Shown here: piece after piece, positions 1-13,735 of the stretch
Layout: each line of letters opens with the position of its first letter
Position numbering within the stretch: position 1 is the stretch's first letter
Source of the DNA: Octopus vulgaris
Lineage: Eukaryota
Length of the DNA stretch: 64,000 bases
Assembly: GCA_951406725.2 (NCBI GenBank)
Contig: OX597822.1
Location: forward strand, 16,492,001-16,556,000
Direction: 5' to 3'
Notes under the pieces: generated by a model
The model's database searches: none
What the model saw: the letters and a program-made list of their open reading frames with translations, nothing else
Told to the model about the DNA's origin: nothing
Made by a program: the position numbers and the translations under genes

Positions 1-82
1 GCGTGCTTACATAGCAGATTATTAAAGTTACTAAACGACAACTGTTACTCGGAATCGTGAACGACGTAGTAACATGTGACAT

Positions 83-309
83 ACTCTCTCTTTACTCTCT
101 CCCTCTCTCTTTTACTTGTTTCAGTCATTTGACTGCGGCCATGCTGGAGCACCGCCTTTAGTCGAAGAAATCGACCCTAGGACTTATTCTTTGTAAGCCT
201 AGTACTTATTCTATCGGTGTCTTTTGCCGAACCGCTGATTTACGGGGACGTAAACACACCAGCATCGGTTGTCAAGTGATGTTGGGGGGGGACAATCACA
301 GACACACAA

Positions 310-358
<49 letters not shown>

Positions 359-501
359 CACATATACGACGGGCTTCTTTCAATTTCCGTCTACCAAATC
401 CACTCACAAGGCTTTGGTCGGCCCGAGGCTATAGTAGAAGATACTTGCCCAAGGTGCCACGCGGTGGAACTGAACCCGGAACCATGTGGTTGGTAAGCAA
501 G
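83..501 (-). mobile_element. tRNA-derived SINE family B (CORE-like), near full length
   Basis: The minus strand reads tRNA-like head (catggttccgggttcagttcc), then CORE-like ccttgggcaagt, an internal (CA)/(TA) tract and a aaagagtaaa-type tail. Homologous copies at 22365, 41485, 45487 and 63372. Confidence 0.85.
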
Positions 502-1554
502 TATTTTGAGTAACTCGTTCCTAAAAAAAGAAAGAGATAGTGCTCAATCGTAGATATATTCACGGCTGTAACACGTTTGATTATTCTTGAACGATGAACT
601 CTGGCTCGGACCAAATAGCAACAACTGCAACAGCGACATCTACAATAGATCGCCTAAAGCTGCAAAACTTGAATGTATGCAAGGCGAACCAATGTTTGTC
701 TCATTGAGAAAAAGATGTCTTGGTTCTGGAATATTCACATCACTTATGAGAGAATAAGAACTGTCGACTGCTTGAAAGATCAATTATCCAACGCCATATG
801 AACAAGGATTGTTTGCTGAATTGGGGTTAATATTCATTTATTTATTATTATTTTAATCTTGAAGATAATCTAAATTCCATTCATAAATATATCATTACAA
901 TTCACAAGAGATTACATACCAAAAGCAAGTTATCAATCTCCATGCTCCATTAACAAAAATAATCAAGCTAGATAATACGATATTTACTATAACATCCAGC
1001 CCTGAAATTGTTGCCAACATTCTAGATTTCTCGCACTCGTTACATGTTCTGGCTACATTAACTTATAACTGCTTTCATATACTTTCATTTTCTATTGTAT
1101 TCTGTTCAAAGGATTCTTTCTAGTAATCAGAAAATATTCTTTATATATACATCTCATAGCACCAATCCACAATAAGAATAAAGAATTTCGTTTCCCCATT
1201 TTACTGTTAGTTTGAAAAATGGTTAATACTTCACTATCTTATATTTTGCAGCTAAATTTCGCATGCTGTTTTCGGAGAATCACCTTCAATTATTTTCAGA
1301 ATATTTGTCAAATGTACAATTTTGCGATTGCAGCTGCTGTTTAAGTTTGAGCCAATATGATGGCTTTATAATGCTTCCTGTTCTGTAGAATGACGCCTGA
1401 ATTAAATAAAAAGAACCAAAAAAAGGAAGAGTCCCAAATTTATCCAGTAAAGGAAAATAAATGGCGAAATATCTGGTATTGACTTTGATTCGTAACTTGG
1501 CATGATTTATAATTGCATGATAACGCACCAGCGTTTAGATGTCGAAATGAACGG

Positions 1555-1555
1555 C

Positions 1556-1626
<71 letters not shown>

Positions 1627-1642
1627 TAGCAGTAGCAGTAGC

Positions 1643-1701
<59 letters not shown>

Positions 1702-1702
1702 C
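1555..1702. repeat. (TAG)n microsatellite
   Basis: Direct reading; explains the poly-S/Y/L ORFs. Confidence 0.97.
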
Positions 1703-3454
1703 ACCACCGCCACCACCACCAGCAGTAGTTATCTGCTGTGAGAGGATTTCCTTCAGCAGGCTTCACTTGAGATGTATTTAATCTCCGAAGATAAATTAAT
1801 AAACAGCGTTCAGCCAAGATGTCGATAGTAAGCCATTTCACCAGGCCTTATCTCAATATCTCACACCCTTATCTCAATATCGGAAAAAAACTGGTGTAGA
1901 CACTGGTCATTTTGGCTAGAGTTGTGCTCTTTTAATGATGCTTCTGTGGAAATTGAATTCCTACAACGGGATGGGTGAATAATGAATGATTGATCACAAA
2001 TATAACGTTGTCTGTATTAGTTGTCAGTCGGTGTAGTTGCTGATGTTTAACACCAGGTCAATACTGATTTAGTACACTCATCGAAAGCGTTCCAGTCGCA
2101 ACCATCCTGTTTTTTATTCAGACAACGTGTATATCTCATATTACGTTGTCTATTGTAGTCTTAGGTGAGCATGCTAATATTCAGCTGCTATTTCTAGTTA
2201 ATCGATTAACCACGTAGCGGCTCTCATTTTTCTTCGCAATAACGGCACCTGAAATTTCGTTTTGCTGGAATTGCATCAGTTAAAATAACTTCAATATTAT
2301 TGCTCCTACAACACAACTAAATCAGACTTGTTTTAATAGTAATGTTAATTGCTCTCATTTCGAGACAGTTTTATTCCCACATCTAATTTAACAGTTACAT
2401 AAATACGTCGGAGTTTACATGCATTACTTGTACCAACATGACAGACAAATACACACAGGAGTACATTAGTATTTATCTCCAATTGCAGAAGAATCTTGTT
2501 CTTCATCGTGTTAGAATTTGCCTGGTTATACAGGGAAAGATGTGTATGTAATATTAATTGGTAATTCACCAGACTGGAATAATGCAAATGCTTCCACTTC
2601 ATGCATTTTTTCAATACTTTTTACTTTAAATTTTTGCATCACTGTCGTTAATAAAATTTTGCTAGCCATATCATATCTCTACAAAATAAATATCCCCAAC
2701 AAACGAATCACAAAATTTGGGCTTTTATTTCAATAATCAGAAACTATTTCAACAACGAATAGATGTTCACTTATGCTCGGTATTAAGCTGATTAGGTACC
2801 CAATACGTAGTTAAATGCCCGAAAGAGTATATGCTTCTACCTCAATAATTATCATCAGCAGAGCAACAGTACCACATTGATGCCATCCATTCAAGTGTTT
2901 CAGAAAAGAATAAAGAACATTTATAATCTTGGATAATTTGTACAACTAAAACTGGAATCTTCCTAAGATTACGTCCTTCGGCCTTAAATGCGGAAAGTTC
3001 ACATTGAATGATATAAAAAGGAGTAATATATTTGATCGTAAGTTCTCTTTATTAAAACTGAAACTAAAACGCGAGCAATATGCTAATTTTCGGTCTATCT
3101 ACTTGACCTTCTAGATATAATAACTAACTTACAAATCATATTGAGCGAAGATAATATGTGTCATGATGTATTTTTTACATCGTTATAAAAATGCTTTTGC
3201 GATCTAACGCATTCGATATCTCTTACACACCCAACGGTTTTTAATGTCGATTTTTATTAGCTTTTAAGCAAAAGTCTTTAAATGTATGTGACTCCAAACA
3301 ATTAAATAAGGTTAATAAATTGCAGACGGAAACACACGGTTTATGCACCAACCTCATTCTCATAAGTTCTATTTAGTGTTAAACGGGAATATCTATTTAA
3401 AAAACGCTTACTTTTGTCAACAGAATATACATTGATAAACCCAACTTTTGTTCA

Positions 3455-3499
3455 TCAACATCATCATTTTACGTCCGCTTTCCATGCTGGCATGGGTTA
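3455..3499 (-). mobile_element. Short retroposon 3' tail fragment
   Basis: The minus strand reads aacccatgccagcatggaaagcggacgtaaaatgatgatg: a hairpin followed by a (TGA)n tail, resembling RTE-type LINE/SINE 3' ends. Confidence 0.4.
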
Positions 3500-3729
3500 T
3501 AGAGGTCATCAGAGTTAATTCTTATTTGAAGCTATTTTCCTAAAATATGTCAAGAACTGATACGTCACCACATCAAACTTTCTGTCTCGATTCAAACGTA
3601 CAAGGTAAGCTTTATCTTCGGTTTTACCTTTGTGTACACCTTTTCTAGAACTCTTTTTAAAAACATTTCCTTGTAGATGGCCGCGGAACCTTATCAAAAT
3701 TTCGTGTTCATTTCAAATGAAATATGTAA

Positions 3730-4020
3730 CACAATGTCATACGTTAATGAATCCTATATTGGTCAGCTCAGAATGGAGATTTTCTGCTGCCAGACTAAGA
3801 ATTCAAGCGTTTGAATTAAGAGCTCTCCAGCGGGTGATATCTGACAAGTCCCATGTAGTTATGGATGAAATGAAAGAGACAAGAAGGTAGGTTGGACCTA
3901 AATGCGCAATCGCAAGCAAAGAATTGTCTTCAAACTTGGTGTAAAAGGACCTTGTACCAAAAGATGTTCATTGAGAAAGTAAAACAAATACAGAATTGAA
4001 ATGATTCGTGCAACGGACTG
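3730..4020 (+). mobile_element. Degenerate RTE-clade LINE ORF2 C-terminal fragment
   Basis: Translation PILVSSEW...RIQAFELRALQRV resembles the RTE motif PILLYGSE.W....RIQAFEMRCLRRI; interrupted by stops. Confidence 0.5.
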
Positions 4021-5295
4021 TTTCCATATCAACAGTTATTGAAAAATATTTATCTGTTCACAAAATGGGTTTTAAAAACATTTTTCACATCCCTAAAACT
4101 ATTTGATACATTTAATCACTGTATCCCTCAAAGTTTAGCGTTTTTCAGTCTTTGAGGAATTTATTATCTTTCCAAACCTGCTTCAGCTAGGAATATTTGA
4201 TAGTTTATAACAGGCTTCTTTGATTATTAAAAATTTGCGACGTAAACATATTTTGGTGCAATGCTAACTCGAATTTAGTATTTGGATATTTTGTATGCAA
4301 AAACTACACCAACAATAGAATTGAAGATAAAAAGCGAAAGTTACATAGAATTAGTTAAGAAAAATTTACATTTTAGAAAATATTGAATAACAATTTATGA
4401 GGTAAGCAATAGATGTAACAACCACACAATCCTAAAATGCTTGAAACTTCAAATAAATCTTAAGCATCGTTACTGAAGGAGAAAAATATTTGAAATTCTA
4501 ATATACATGAATATGATATAGAAAGAAGAATTTCGTATTCTAACACTGCTTAAACAACGCTTTTTAAATTCTGGGGAATTCTAGAGATAAATGCTCTCAA
4601 AACAACTATCAACGTTTGTAAAGACTTTTGGAATTGTTAGAAGAAAACAGTAGTTATTTCCTCTTCTAGACTCTGGGACGATCACGGAACTTTTAAAAAA
4701 TTTAGGACTCATTGGTATTTGATCGTAGCGTGTTATATGTATAGAAATACTTGCATACTTTGAAAGCATCAAGAATACGGGGTGCAAGTAAATTAATTCA
4801 TATGAAATTTGCTTGCAAACTGGAATCAGAAAGAAAGATAAAATGAAAACAGTCAGTTAATACTGATGTGGATGTGAACTGAAATCGTGTCAATTCAAGT
4901 GCGTTTGCAGGTTGGAAATGAAACATTAAACTCTGCACTACAGGCCAACACATAACGCAGTGTGATAGCATAATTCCATTTGATTCGGGACTACTTTCAA
5001 TTAGTCAGTAATAACAATTGTCAAACACCACTTCAAGAGCAACGGGAGCAGAGACTACACTTACTTTAAGCATAAAGTGACGCTTATACAGATATTTGAT
5101 GAATTAGTCTTTTGAATTCCGGAATTCAACAGATCTCAGAAAAATATAGGATTTTCATTGTAAATGGAAGTAACATAATATTGGAGATGAAAATATTTAA
5201 ATTGAAGTGATAGGTTGTCAGATATTATATGATATAAGGTTAGAGTTATCAGGCATATTAAATGCTCATAATTAAATATACATATATACATACAT

Positions 5296-5326
<31 letters not shown>

Positions 5327-5639
5327 CGCACACATATATAATTGAAAAGGAAGTGGAGAGTAGAGATTTATTCACATTGAAAACATTTTATTAAAAGAAG
5401 TTTATTACAGCATGTATAACAATGACCGATATATGTTTCAATTGTAGCATCTACACACTACTCCGTATGCAGTTATGTATCCTAGTCGTTACAGTTTCAT
5501 CAAGGGTCCATCACTTATGACGTTTTCAAAGTGAACTAATTCAAGCAAACTTCCTGCGTTGGTATTCAGTTGAAGGCTATAAACACACACATACACTATA
5601 CACCCTCTCACATACACACGCACGAGCACCTTTGTTTTG

Positions 5640-5892
5640 GGATCACCAATACTGTATTATCTCCCCTTCTTCCTAGCTTTCCTGTGTGACCCCTCTGTAC
5701 GGCATTCGACATGATAGATCGCTTGCCAACAAACCTTTTCTGTTTTCCCTCCCTGTTTATTTCTATTTTCTTTCTGTCGAAGAGCGCTGGCTCGAAATGT
5801 AAAAGATTTTCTCACTTCCCGAGCGTTAAACTAATACATCTGTTTGTTGTCTACACACCCGTCTTTGTCTTTGTTTTTTGTTAATTCTCACT
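5640..5892 (+). mobile_element. Short dispersed repeat carrying a hammerhead-like motif (Penelope pseudo-LTR-like), copy 1
   Basis: Homologous to 22743-22905 (-) and 38785-38920 (+); ends in (TA)n. Confidence 0.7.
5770..5805 (+). ncRNA. Minimal type I hammerhead-like motif, variant core CUGUCGA
   Basis: cttt-CTGTCGA-a-GAGC gctg GCTC-GAAA-tgt-A-aaag. Stem I cttt/aaag and a 4-bp stem II; stem III ACGT is mutated to ATGT. Confidence 0.45.
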
Positions 5893-6894
5893 ATATATAT
5901 ATATATATATGTGTGTATATATAACCACATGAGTATGTATATATATTTTATACACACATACATCTACGTATAACTATAGAGACATATATTCATACACATA
6001 TATGCACATAAATAAATACATATTAACATGTATATATAAACACACACACACACATATATATTTATAAACAATATATAAGCATGCACACACACTCACACAC
6101 GTACATTTTTGCACCATCAGAATAAAAGAAAAAGAAATATCGAAAAAATGAAAACAGATATTCGGCGGTTATTTTCAGATGAATTGAGAAAATATGAAGC
6201 AATTCTAGCCTCATGACCAATTATGTGAAAACAGAAGAGAGAAAGTTAATTTTTTTAAATAAGTTTGGTTAACGTTTAGAGATTAGTATTTCGAACGGTT
6301 CTCACATGGCGGCTCAGAGAATGCAGAATTCAAACTCTTCGGAGATTCATTTTGATGTTTTCAAGTAAAACAATAGCAACCGCCAAAATTCTTTTGACAA
6401 ATGAATTATCGGACTAATTTGCTTCTGTTCGTGACACAAAGCTTGGCAAGTCAATAACTAATCGCTCTAGGGAAAAATAACGAAAGCGTAGGACTGCAAA
6501 AGAAGAAAATTGTTGAAACAAAGCAATAAAATCGATGTGAATATGGCAAACGTTAGAGTTCTTCTCATTATTCTTGATCATTGCATGTATCAAAAGTGTT
6601 GCAAGGTTATGTCACCAACCCCCACACCAAAACCAAACACAGTTTGTAATGAACTTGTGTTCAACTCTCAACATTTTGGTGGCTTCATTTACCAATTTGT
6701 TCTTTAAATCTACCAGGAAATTTCAGTCGGAATAACTGTTGTAAAATGTATCTAGCAATTACTAGACATCAAATAAAAAAAATGTAACATAATAATCAGG
6801 AATAAATATCATCAATGGAGAGATCAAGTGTTTACAAGGTGCTAAGCATACTTGGGAAGTAGTTATCATATCGTACTATGCATACTAGGACAGT

Positions 6895-6979
6895 AACAAG
6901 AACAACAACAACAACAATAATGATAATAATAATGATAATAATAATAGTAGTAGTAATAATAATAATAATAATAGTAGTA

Positions 6980-7061
<82 letters not shown>

Positions 7062-7088
7062 TAATAATAGTAATAATAATAATAATAA
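6895..7088. repeat. (AAT)n compound microsatellite
   Basis: Direct reading. Confidence 0.95.
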
Positions 7089-7632
7089 TGCCCTGCTTCA
7101 GTACCAGGCAGTGGCTCTCAAAACTTCTGATCTTAACTAATTGGAAATGTTATCATGTACATTGTTTTGTCTTGGTATAAAAGATGGACTACAGCAAATA
7201 TTCTGCTCAATACCACAGATTTGCTTGCAAGTTGTTTGACCTTAACCAGTTGACCATGTCCCTTAGTGGCTGATGATGTGTGCATCTCTGATCACGAACA
7301 GAAGTAGTGAGGGAGCATCATAGCCATGTGTTGAGAGGGATTCTTTGGGGTTTGGATAATTCTCCTCTGGAAACATGGGTGATTTGTTCATCATCCTTAA
7401 ACAAACCTTATTCAGGGACCTTTTGAGGGAGGTGGGCTACTCAACCCGAAGAAAATTCTAACCGGGCTCCACCTGCAAGTTCATGCGCTGTTTATTTTGA
7501 TATAAGGCTACCATGCCGTGCAGATATGGTTGTGATGCATGTTCCTGGTGTACCCTTATCAGTAGTTATGATATTGGGCTTTGTATATTTGTACCCCAGT
7601 GTCACATTGATGGCATGTGCAATTCTCTTACT
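7089..7632 (+). mobile_element. ~545-bp non-coding dispersed element embedded in (AAT)n, copy 1
   Basis: End-to-end homologous to the reverse complement of 53555-54110; both copies are flanked on both sides by (AAT)n. Confidence 0.85.
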
Positions 7633-7633
7633 C

Positions 7634-7679
<46 letters not shown>

Positions 7680-7810
7680 GTCTTTTCTACTAAAGGCACA
7701 AGGCCTGAAATTTTGGAGAAGGGGACTAGACGATTTCTTCGATCAACAGGTACTTATTTTATCAGCTCTGAAAGGATGAAAGGTTTGGGACAAACCCATC
7801 AAATTTGAGG
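7680..7810 (-). mobile_element. SINE family A, partial
   Basis: ggcacaaggcctgaaattttgg...ggtacttattttatc...gaaaggatgaaagg matches the 3' half of family A. Confidence 0.7.
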
Positions 7811-8460
7811 CGGGGGAGTTAATAGCCCAACCGTGTCGACATATGTCTGCTAGAGTCATCATTTTACTTTTTGCTCTCGGTTGGCTATATACAGCTAAAT
7901 GTCCAGATCCAGTCAGCACCGGAGGGAGGACAGCAACTCCAGACGGTACCACGAAATCCTATATCACTGACTCTTCAGATTATTTGTACAAATTTTATAT
8001 TCTACTGTTTCGAAGGGTGTCGTAAAAACAAGAAGAATTATGAAGTCACAAATGAGAAATATAAGAGCAAGTAAACTACATTATCTCGCCTGTCCTTTAT
8101 TTATACCAGCTCCACTCGCTTACTTTGTTCTTCTCTTATGTTTCTTATCACAAAAGCTAAAGAATAAAACGCGACGTTGTGGATCAAGAAGTAATCCGAT
8201 AAATTGAAGCCACTTTAGTGGTTCAGTCTCTCCATTCTCTCCTTACCATTCTCTCACATCCTATATCGCTGCTTTTAAAATATAGGATTTGTGTGCCTAA
8301 TCAAAACAAAACAATATATTTTAACGGATAAAGGCCTATCGCAATATTATTATTATTTGTTATTATTATTATTATCTGAAAATCAAATATTTGTTTTCAC
8401 GTCAAACATATTTATTTATAGGAAGTTCGTCGAACTTACACAGCACGGAAAGAATAAGTC

Positions 8461-8544
<84 letters not shown>

Positions 8545-8587
8545 AATAATAATAATAATGATAATAATAATAATAACAATAATAATA
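8461..8587. repeat. (AAT)n/(GAT)n microsatellite
   Basis: Direct reading. Confidence 0.95.
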
Positions 8588-9169
8588 GTGAGAGAATAGC
8601 AATTTTATGATATCGGTTCGTTCCAATGTACGGTTCCAAAGATGATATTACATACTCGTTGATTTTATTGCATTTTTTGCCAAGCTTTTTAACTGATATC
8701 ATCGCAGATTTTATTTTGATATGCAAATATATGCTAACAAATATCACGTTCTATTCTGTGCCCTACAGTTTCATATGTATTCCTATAAATAAATCATGTA
8801 CAAGGCTTTTATTTGCTCGTGTTTATATTTGTACTACATACCATTAAAGGCAATAAAAAAAAAAGTCACGAGTTTCTCTGACATTTTACAAACGCACATT
8901 ATATTCCCTGATACAGAAAATGGAGTAGAAATGTAGTTGTCACATGTCTAGGTATGTACGTGCTTAATGCAAATAAATAGTTTCACGTGTGTGTTTGGAA
9001 GCGTGTGCCTTAATGTGTGTGTGTCAACGTTTAGAAATATATATGGGCGTGATTTTGGAAGGCATTTCGAGAAAAATAAAGGGGTGGTGGGTTTAAAAGT
9101 GATGGATAACTATATTTGTGCGTGCGTCTGTTCGCGAGTATCTAGAGTGTTATATAACCGAAGAAATAT

Positions 9170-9310
9170 ATGTGTATGTGTGTGTATGTGTGTGTGTGCG
9201 TGTGTGTGTGTGCGTGTGTGTGTGTGTGTGCGTGTATGTGTGTGTGCGCGCGTATGTGTGTGTGCGCGCGCGTGTGCGTGTGTGTGTGTGTGTGTGTGCG
9301 TGTGTGTGTG
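9170..9310. repeat. (TG)n microsatellite
   Basis: Direct reading. Confidence 0.95.
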
Positions 9311-9563
9311 CAATTGGGTTTAGCTTTACAACTGCAAGAGGAGCCTAAACGTAGAGCAAAATATGTATAATTTTGTTAGTATCTGAGATTATTATAACAG
9401 GAGCAACGCAAAGGTGGTGGAGTTTTATGCTGAAACACCTGTCAAACGGAAAAATCAAAATTCCCTGGTACCTGTAATATAGCCCGCTTGCACACAAACA
9501 CACAAACTCTGACACAGATACACTCATACACACACACACACATACACATCCCTCCCTCTTTCC

Positions 9564-9603
<40 letters not shown>

Positions 9604-10299
9604 GACATAAATGCATACACGTACACACACCTAATTATATCTTTACACGTATGTAGATATGTGTGTGTGTGATAATGTAATTGGGTGTGTTTAAAATAAA
9701 GCTCAGAAACACTATTTCGTGTCTTATATAAATATACAGGTGACATATAAATATAAAAGCAGCAAGTTTGTTTGAATACTATAAACATTTTTTTTCCTCC
9801 ACCAACCGCAGCCTGTGAGATTGCCAATAGCTTTCCCAGCACGCCTTCACTTAGTTAATAATGTTATCACGACTCTCGAAAGTCTGGAATCTTTTTGGCA
9901 ACAATTGTATCTATTTAACATCTGGGCAATTTGTACAAACCCAAATTGATGAAATTATTTTTGTTTTTATTTTACTTTCGTATTCAAAATACTATTAGCA
10001 TCTGTGAGTTTCTATATTTAAACTCATTCAATGTTTGTAGTTTGGAGGTGGCTTACTTATTACGTACTACTTTTAGCAGCAGTGAGAAACACTTGGGGAA
10101 AAGGTGCAGCGATATATATTCTGTTAGAAAACAGACACTTGAAACGGTTTTGCTTGCCATTGATAAAATAGACGGTCGTAGCTCGCTGTACATTTAGAAA
10201 AAGAAAACTATGAATTACTTTTTCAATGCAGTAAAAAGAATTAAAAATTTTTTCGAAGAGACTTTAAGAAGAAGGAAGGTTAGTAAAAAAAGTGAGAAG

Positions 10300-10650
10300 A
10301 AATGAACTGCATTTCTCGAGAACTCACATCTTATTTCTTTAACTAACATTTGCAAATTAAAACACGAACATTCAGTTAGCCACGTCCATCTCGTTTCTCC
10401 TCCTCTCATCATACTTGTTTGCAACCCCTGCAGGCCCCGCACTAATCACTATGCACAATCCTTGCTGCCCAGAGTGTTGTCCTTCTTTGTTCTTATCTTT
10501 CCTGCAAGTGTTGACTTATAATGTTTCGAAGGAGACATTAATGACATCAAACTCACTGGGTTAGCAAAGTCTGCAAAGGACATTGGCACTGCCTTATTCT
10601 CCAGACACATCAAATTTTCAAAAATCGGCCATAGCAAAAAGAAGTACACC
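10300..10650 (-). mobile_element. Possible decayed hAT (Charlie/SPIN-type) transposase N-terminal fragment
   Basis: Translation CLENKAVP...KHYKSTL loosely resembles the FVE.NGKPVCLIC...RHYETKH zinc-finger region; the match is weak. Confidence 0.25.
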
Positions 10651-13554
10651 CTTTAAAAGCATTAGTTAGTTGGCGACACAAGCTCGATTCGTGGTCGACA
10701 CATTTCATTCATGTTAACAAACCTGTTAGAAATATGCCTGGTAGAATTATAGACACTTACACACACATACACACACACACTCACACACACGCACAAATCT
10801 TCTAGAAGGACAGAAAGGGGCTAGCAACAATTTACGAGTAAAAAGGAAGCTTCGATGTGTTACAAAAACAGGCCAACTTTCTCAAATTACAATTTGTCAC
10901 TTTAAAAAATGATATATTTAGCTATGTAGTCAGGGATACACTCTCTGTGAATGTAGCATGATAACGGCTACATTGCTATTCGATAAAATTTATGTTCCAC
11001 AACTTCATCTTTCTCACTCAGTAATTTTTAGAATCTCTAAAAAAAACCGTAAATTTTGTGCGTTTGTGCTATTCAATCTTTTCCCAATAACTTTAGCAAT
11101 ATTAACTGAATCGTTGGTATTAAATAGAATGCCTTGCGGTATTTGATCCCTTTTACATTAAGGTGATATACAAGTTTCTGTATCAAAAAGGACAACGGAG
11201 GGATGTTATTTCATAAAATTGGATGGAGTTCTTAATAGAAACATTTGAGTGACTACAAAAGTACAAAAAAAGAAAGAAAGAGCTGATACAATAAATTTTA
11301 TGAACCAAACATCATTGATAGTTTTCCTGTCAATGGTTGGTGTGTTCACTTTCCCAAATTGTCAGCATTTGTAGAGTCTGTCATTTTTTTCTGCTTTAAA
11401 AAAATTATCATATTTGTTACATCTGAATGGCGGATAATGAAATGAAACTTAAAAGATAAGAAATGTTATGCCGTTATAAAAAAATCGTGATAGTATTACA
11501 AAATTTAAATTAATAATTATATTTAAATGCGAGGGTTAAATGATAAGAAAAAAAGATTGACGTTATTAAGAATTTTAAGTATTTTATTAAAATTAAAATA
11601 TTTAAATATGCGTGCAATTAACATGACTAAAATCAGTGAATGCGATGTAGAAAAGTTGGAGGAGGTCGATGTAAAAATGAATGAGTAACTAATGATGGGT
11701 AACTATACATATTTAGGACTAGTTTCTGGATTGTATTTGAGTTATGTAACATTAAACTTACGAGCACGTCTATATGAGAACCTGTGTTCATACATTGACG
11801 CTACTTTCACAGTCTGTGCCATACGTTAGGACTAATTTTTCTTGTCTGTTTCATTAAACCATTCAGTATGTGAGGATGGAGTTATAAGAGTACAAGCATA
11901 CGAGTGCTTGAGCATATACGTGCATAGTGCGATTCAGGAATTTTCTAAGGAGGTTGTATGTAATTATTAAGTTGAATGTGTTGGAGTTGATATGTTGAGT
12001 AGTTATTGGTCCCGCCAAACTGTAGGAATAAAGTATTTATGATTTTTTGACATTTTACACTAAAGACATAGAACGTCCTTAGTCTGTTGGTGATTCACCT
12101 GTTTACTGTATTCAATCTATTTTTCAAATAAAATAAGTTTGTCTTTACTATCGTAAATATTCCAGAACCTGTAGGTGTGTTGGTTATATCAAGCTTTGAA
12201 CGGGTTTTAAGTAAGTTCTGTATATATTCCCGTTTATATTGATAGTTTTGCTTCTCTTTTATATATTGTTTCTTTTTCAAGGCATTTAAAATCAAACAGG
12301 CAATAAATTGTTGTATTTTCTGTTCGGTTGGGTGTACATAGATATGATTAGGTGATTTTTGTAAGGCTATTTTAGAAAATAAGTTTTTGAGCAAAGCTGT
12401 ATATGGTCGGGTAATAAAGCTGAACCTTATTCCTGTAGAGAAAATTTATTTTAATTTAACGAGCTCGTAGAAAAGCTTATTGACTGAAGTGTAGAAATCA
12501 ATTAATTAGGGTTGTTCCAACTTTATTAAGAGGCAATTGTAGCAAATTATATCACTTCTTCCTGTTGCCGTTACATTTTTTTTAATAAGTTTCATACTAT
12601 GAGCCACCATACAGATGAAATATATATGCTAAAAAAATTTTAAATTAACAAACTCTGCAATGCTGACAACGTAGGAAAATTTAACAAAAGGATATAATTT
12701 ACAAGATATATTGTACCACCCACTTCCATTCGTTTATTCGTTATTTTTTATCATGTATTTTCCCAACACTTTGCTACATTTCCTATTCGTTGTATAATCA
12801 TTCAGCTTTCATAATGAGGACACCTCCCATCGCAATCGAATTAAATACCTATTTCTCAGTTGTTGTTGTTGTTTTTTTTTTTCTCACAGACACTAATTTT
12901 TTAAGAATGAGAAAATGTTTACGTTACTCATATCTTCCACTTTTCAGAAAACTCACACTCACACGGTCTATGACTTGAATAAGGATATTACAATATGTAC
13001 AATATATTGTGATCGTCCTTCTACCGATTCCTTGTAAGCCCATTTCTCATATATAAGATCCAGTAATATATTGTGTATGGGTCCCATAACATGCTAAAAA
13101 TATTAGCCAGGTCCCTCAAAATGCATTCTGTCGCCTTTAAAAAGAAATCTTGGATAATAGTCGAAATGGCATAGGATAGACATAGTGGGCACACATTTGA
13201 TTATTCTTCTATTAAATCAGATCTGATCTGGAGTTAACAACTCACCAATGCATTTTCAAATCTGTTTCCCTTTGGTTAACATCAATTAAACCACGACGAA
13301 AAACACAGAAAAACCCAACAAACCCACATAGCAAAAGTACAAATGCAACGTACTTATGCTGGGGAAGAAAAGTAACATAGATCAAATGATGCTTCGGACA
13401 AGCGTTCTTTTTTTAAGGTCAAAAATAAGATTTTCCATATTTTCCTTTGTTTCATACTAATTACATTGACTAAGTAAACCTGTTTTTGTTGTTATTGAAG
13501 GGGTTTTATATGCTGTTTCTGCTCATGGCTTGTTTGTATATTTATTACCATACT

Positions 13555-13735
13555 TAGTGGCAAGCTTGCAGATTTGTTATTAGAGTGTAGGAAAAAACCG
13601 CCTTGCACTATCTCTTCCGATTCATTACATTCTAATCTCAGTTCCACCAAAGTAAAATTCGCTTTTCATCGTTTCAGGGTCAATAAAATAAAGGACCATT
13701 CAAAATGACTGGCCTCAAATAAAATTAGAAAGGAT
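13555..13735 (+). mobile_element. SINE family A, diverged
   Basis: gtggcaagcttgcagatttgtta...gcttttcatcgtttcagggtcaataaaataaaggacca. Confidence 0.6.

Noticed and set aside
7266-7327. CTGATGA/CTGACGA inside the (AAT)n-embedded element as a hammerhead
   Set aside because: No conserved GAAA, stem III or UH triplet in both copies; the segment folds more simply as a tggctgatgatg/catcatagcca hairpin.
7843-8025. 60-aa ORF with a signal-peptide-like start (MSARVIILLFALGW)
   Set aside because: Short, adjacent to a SINE fragment, with no supporting splice or homology evidence.
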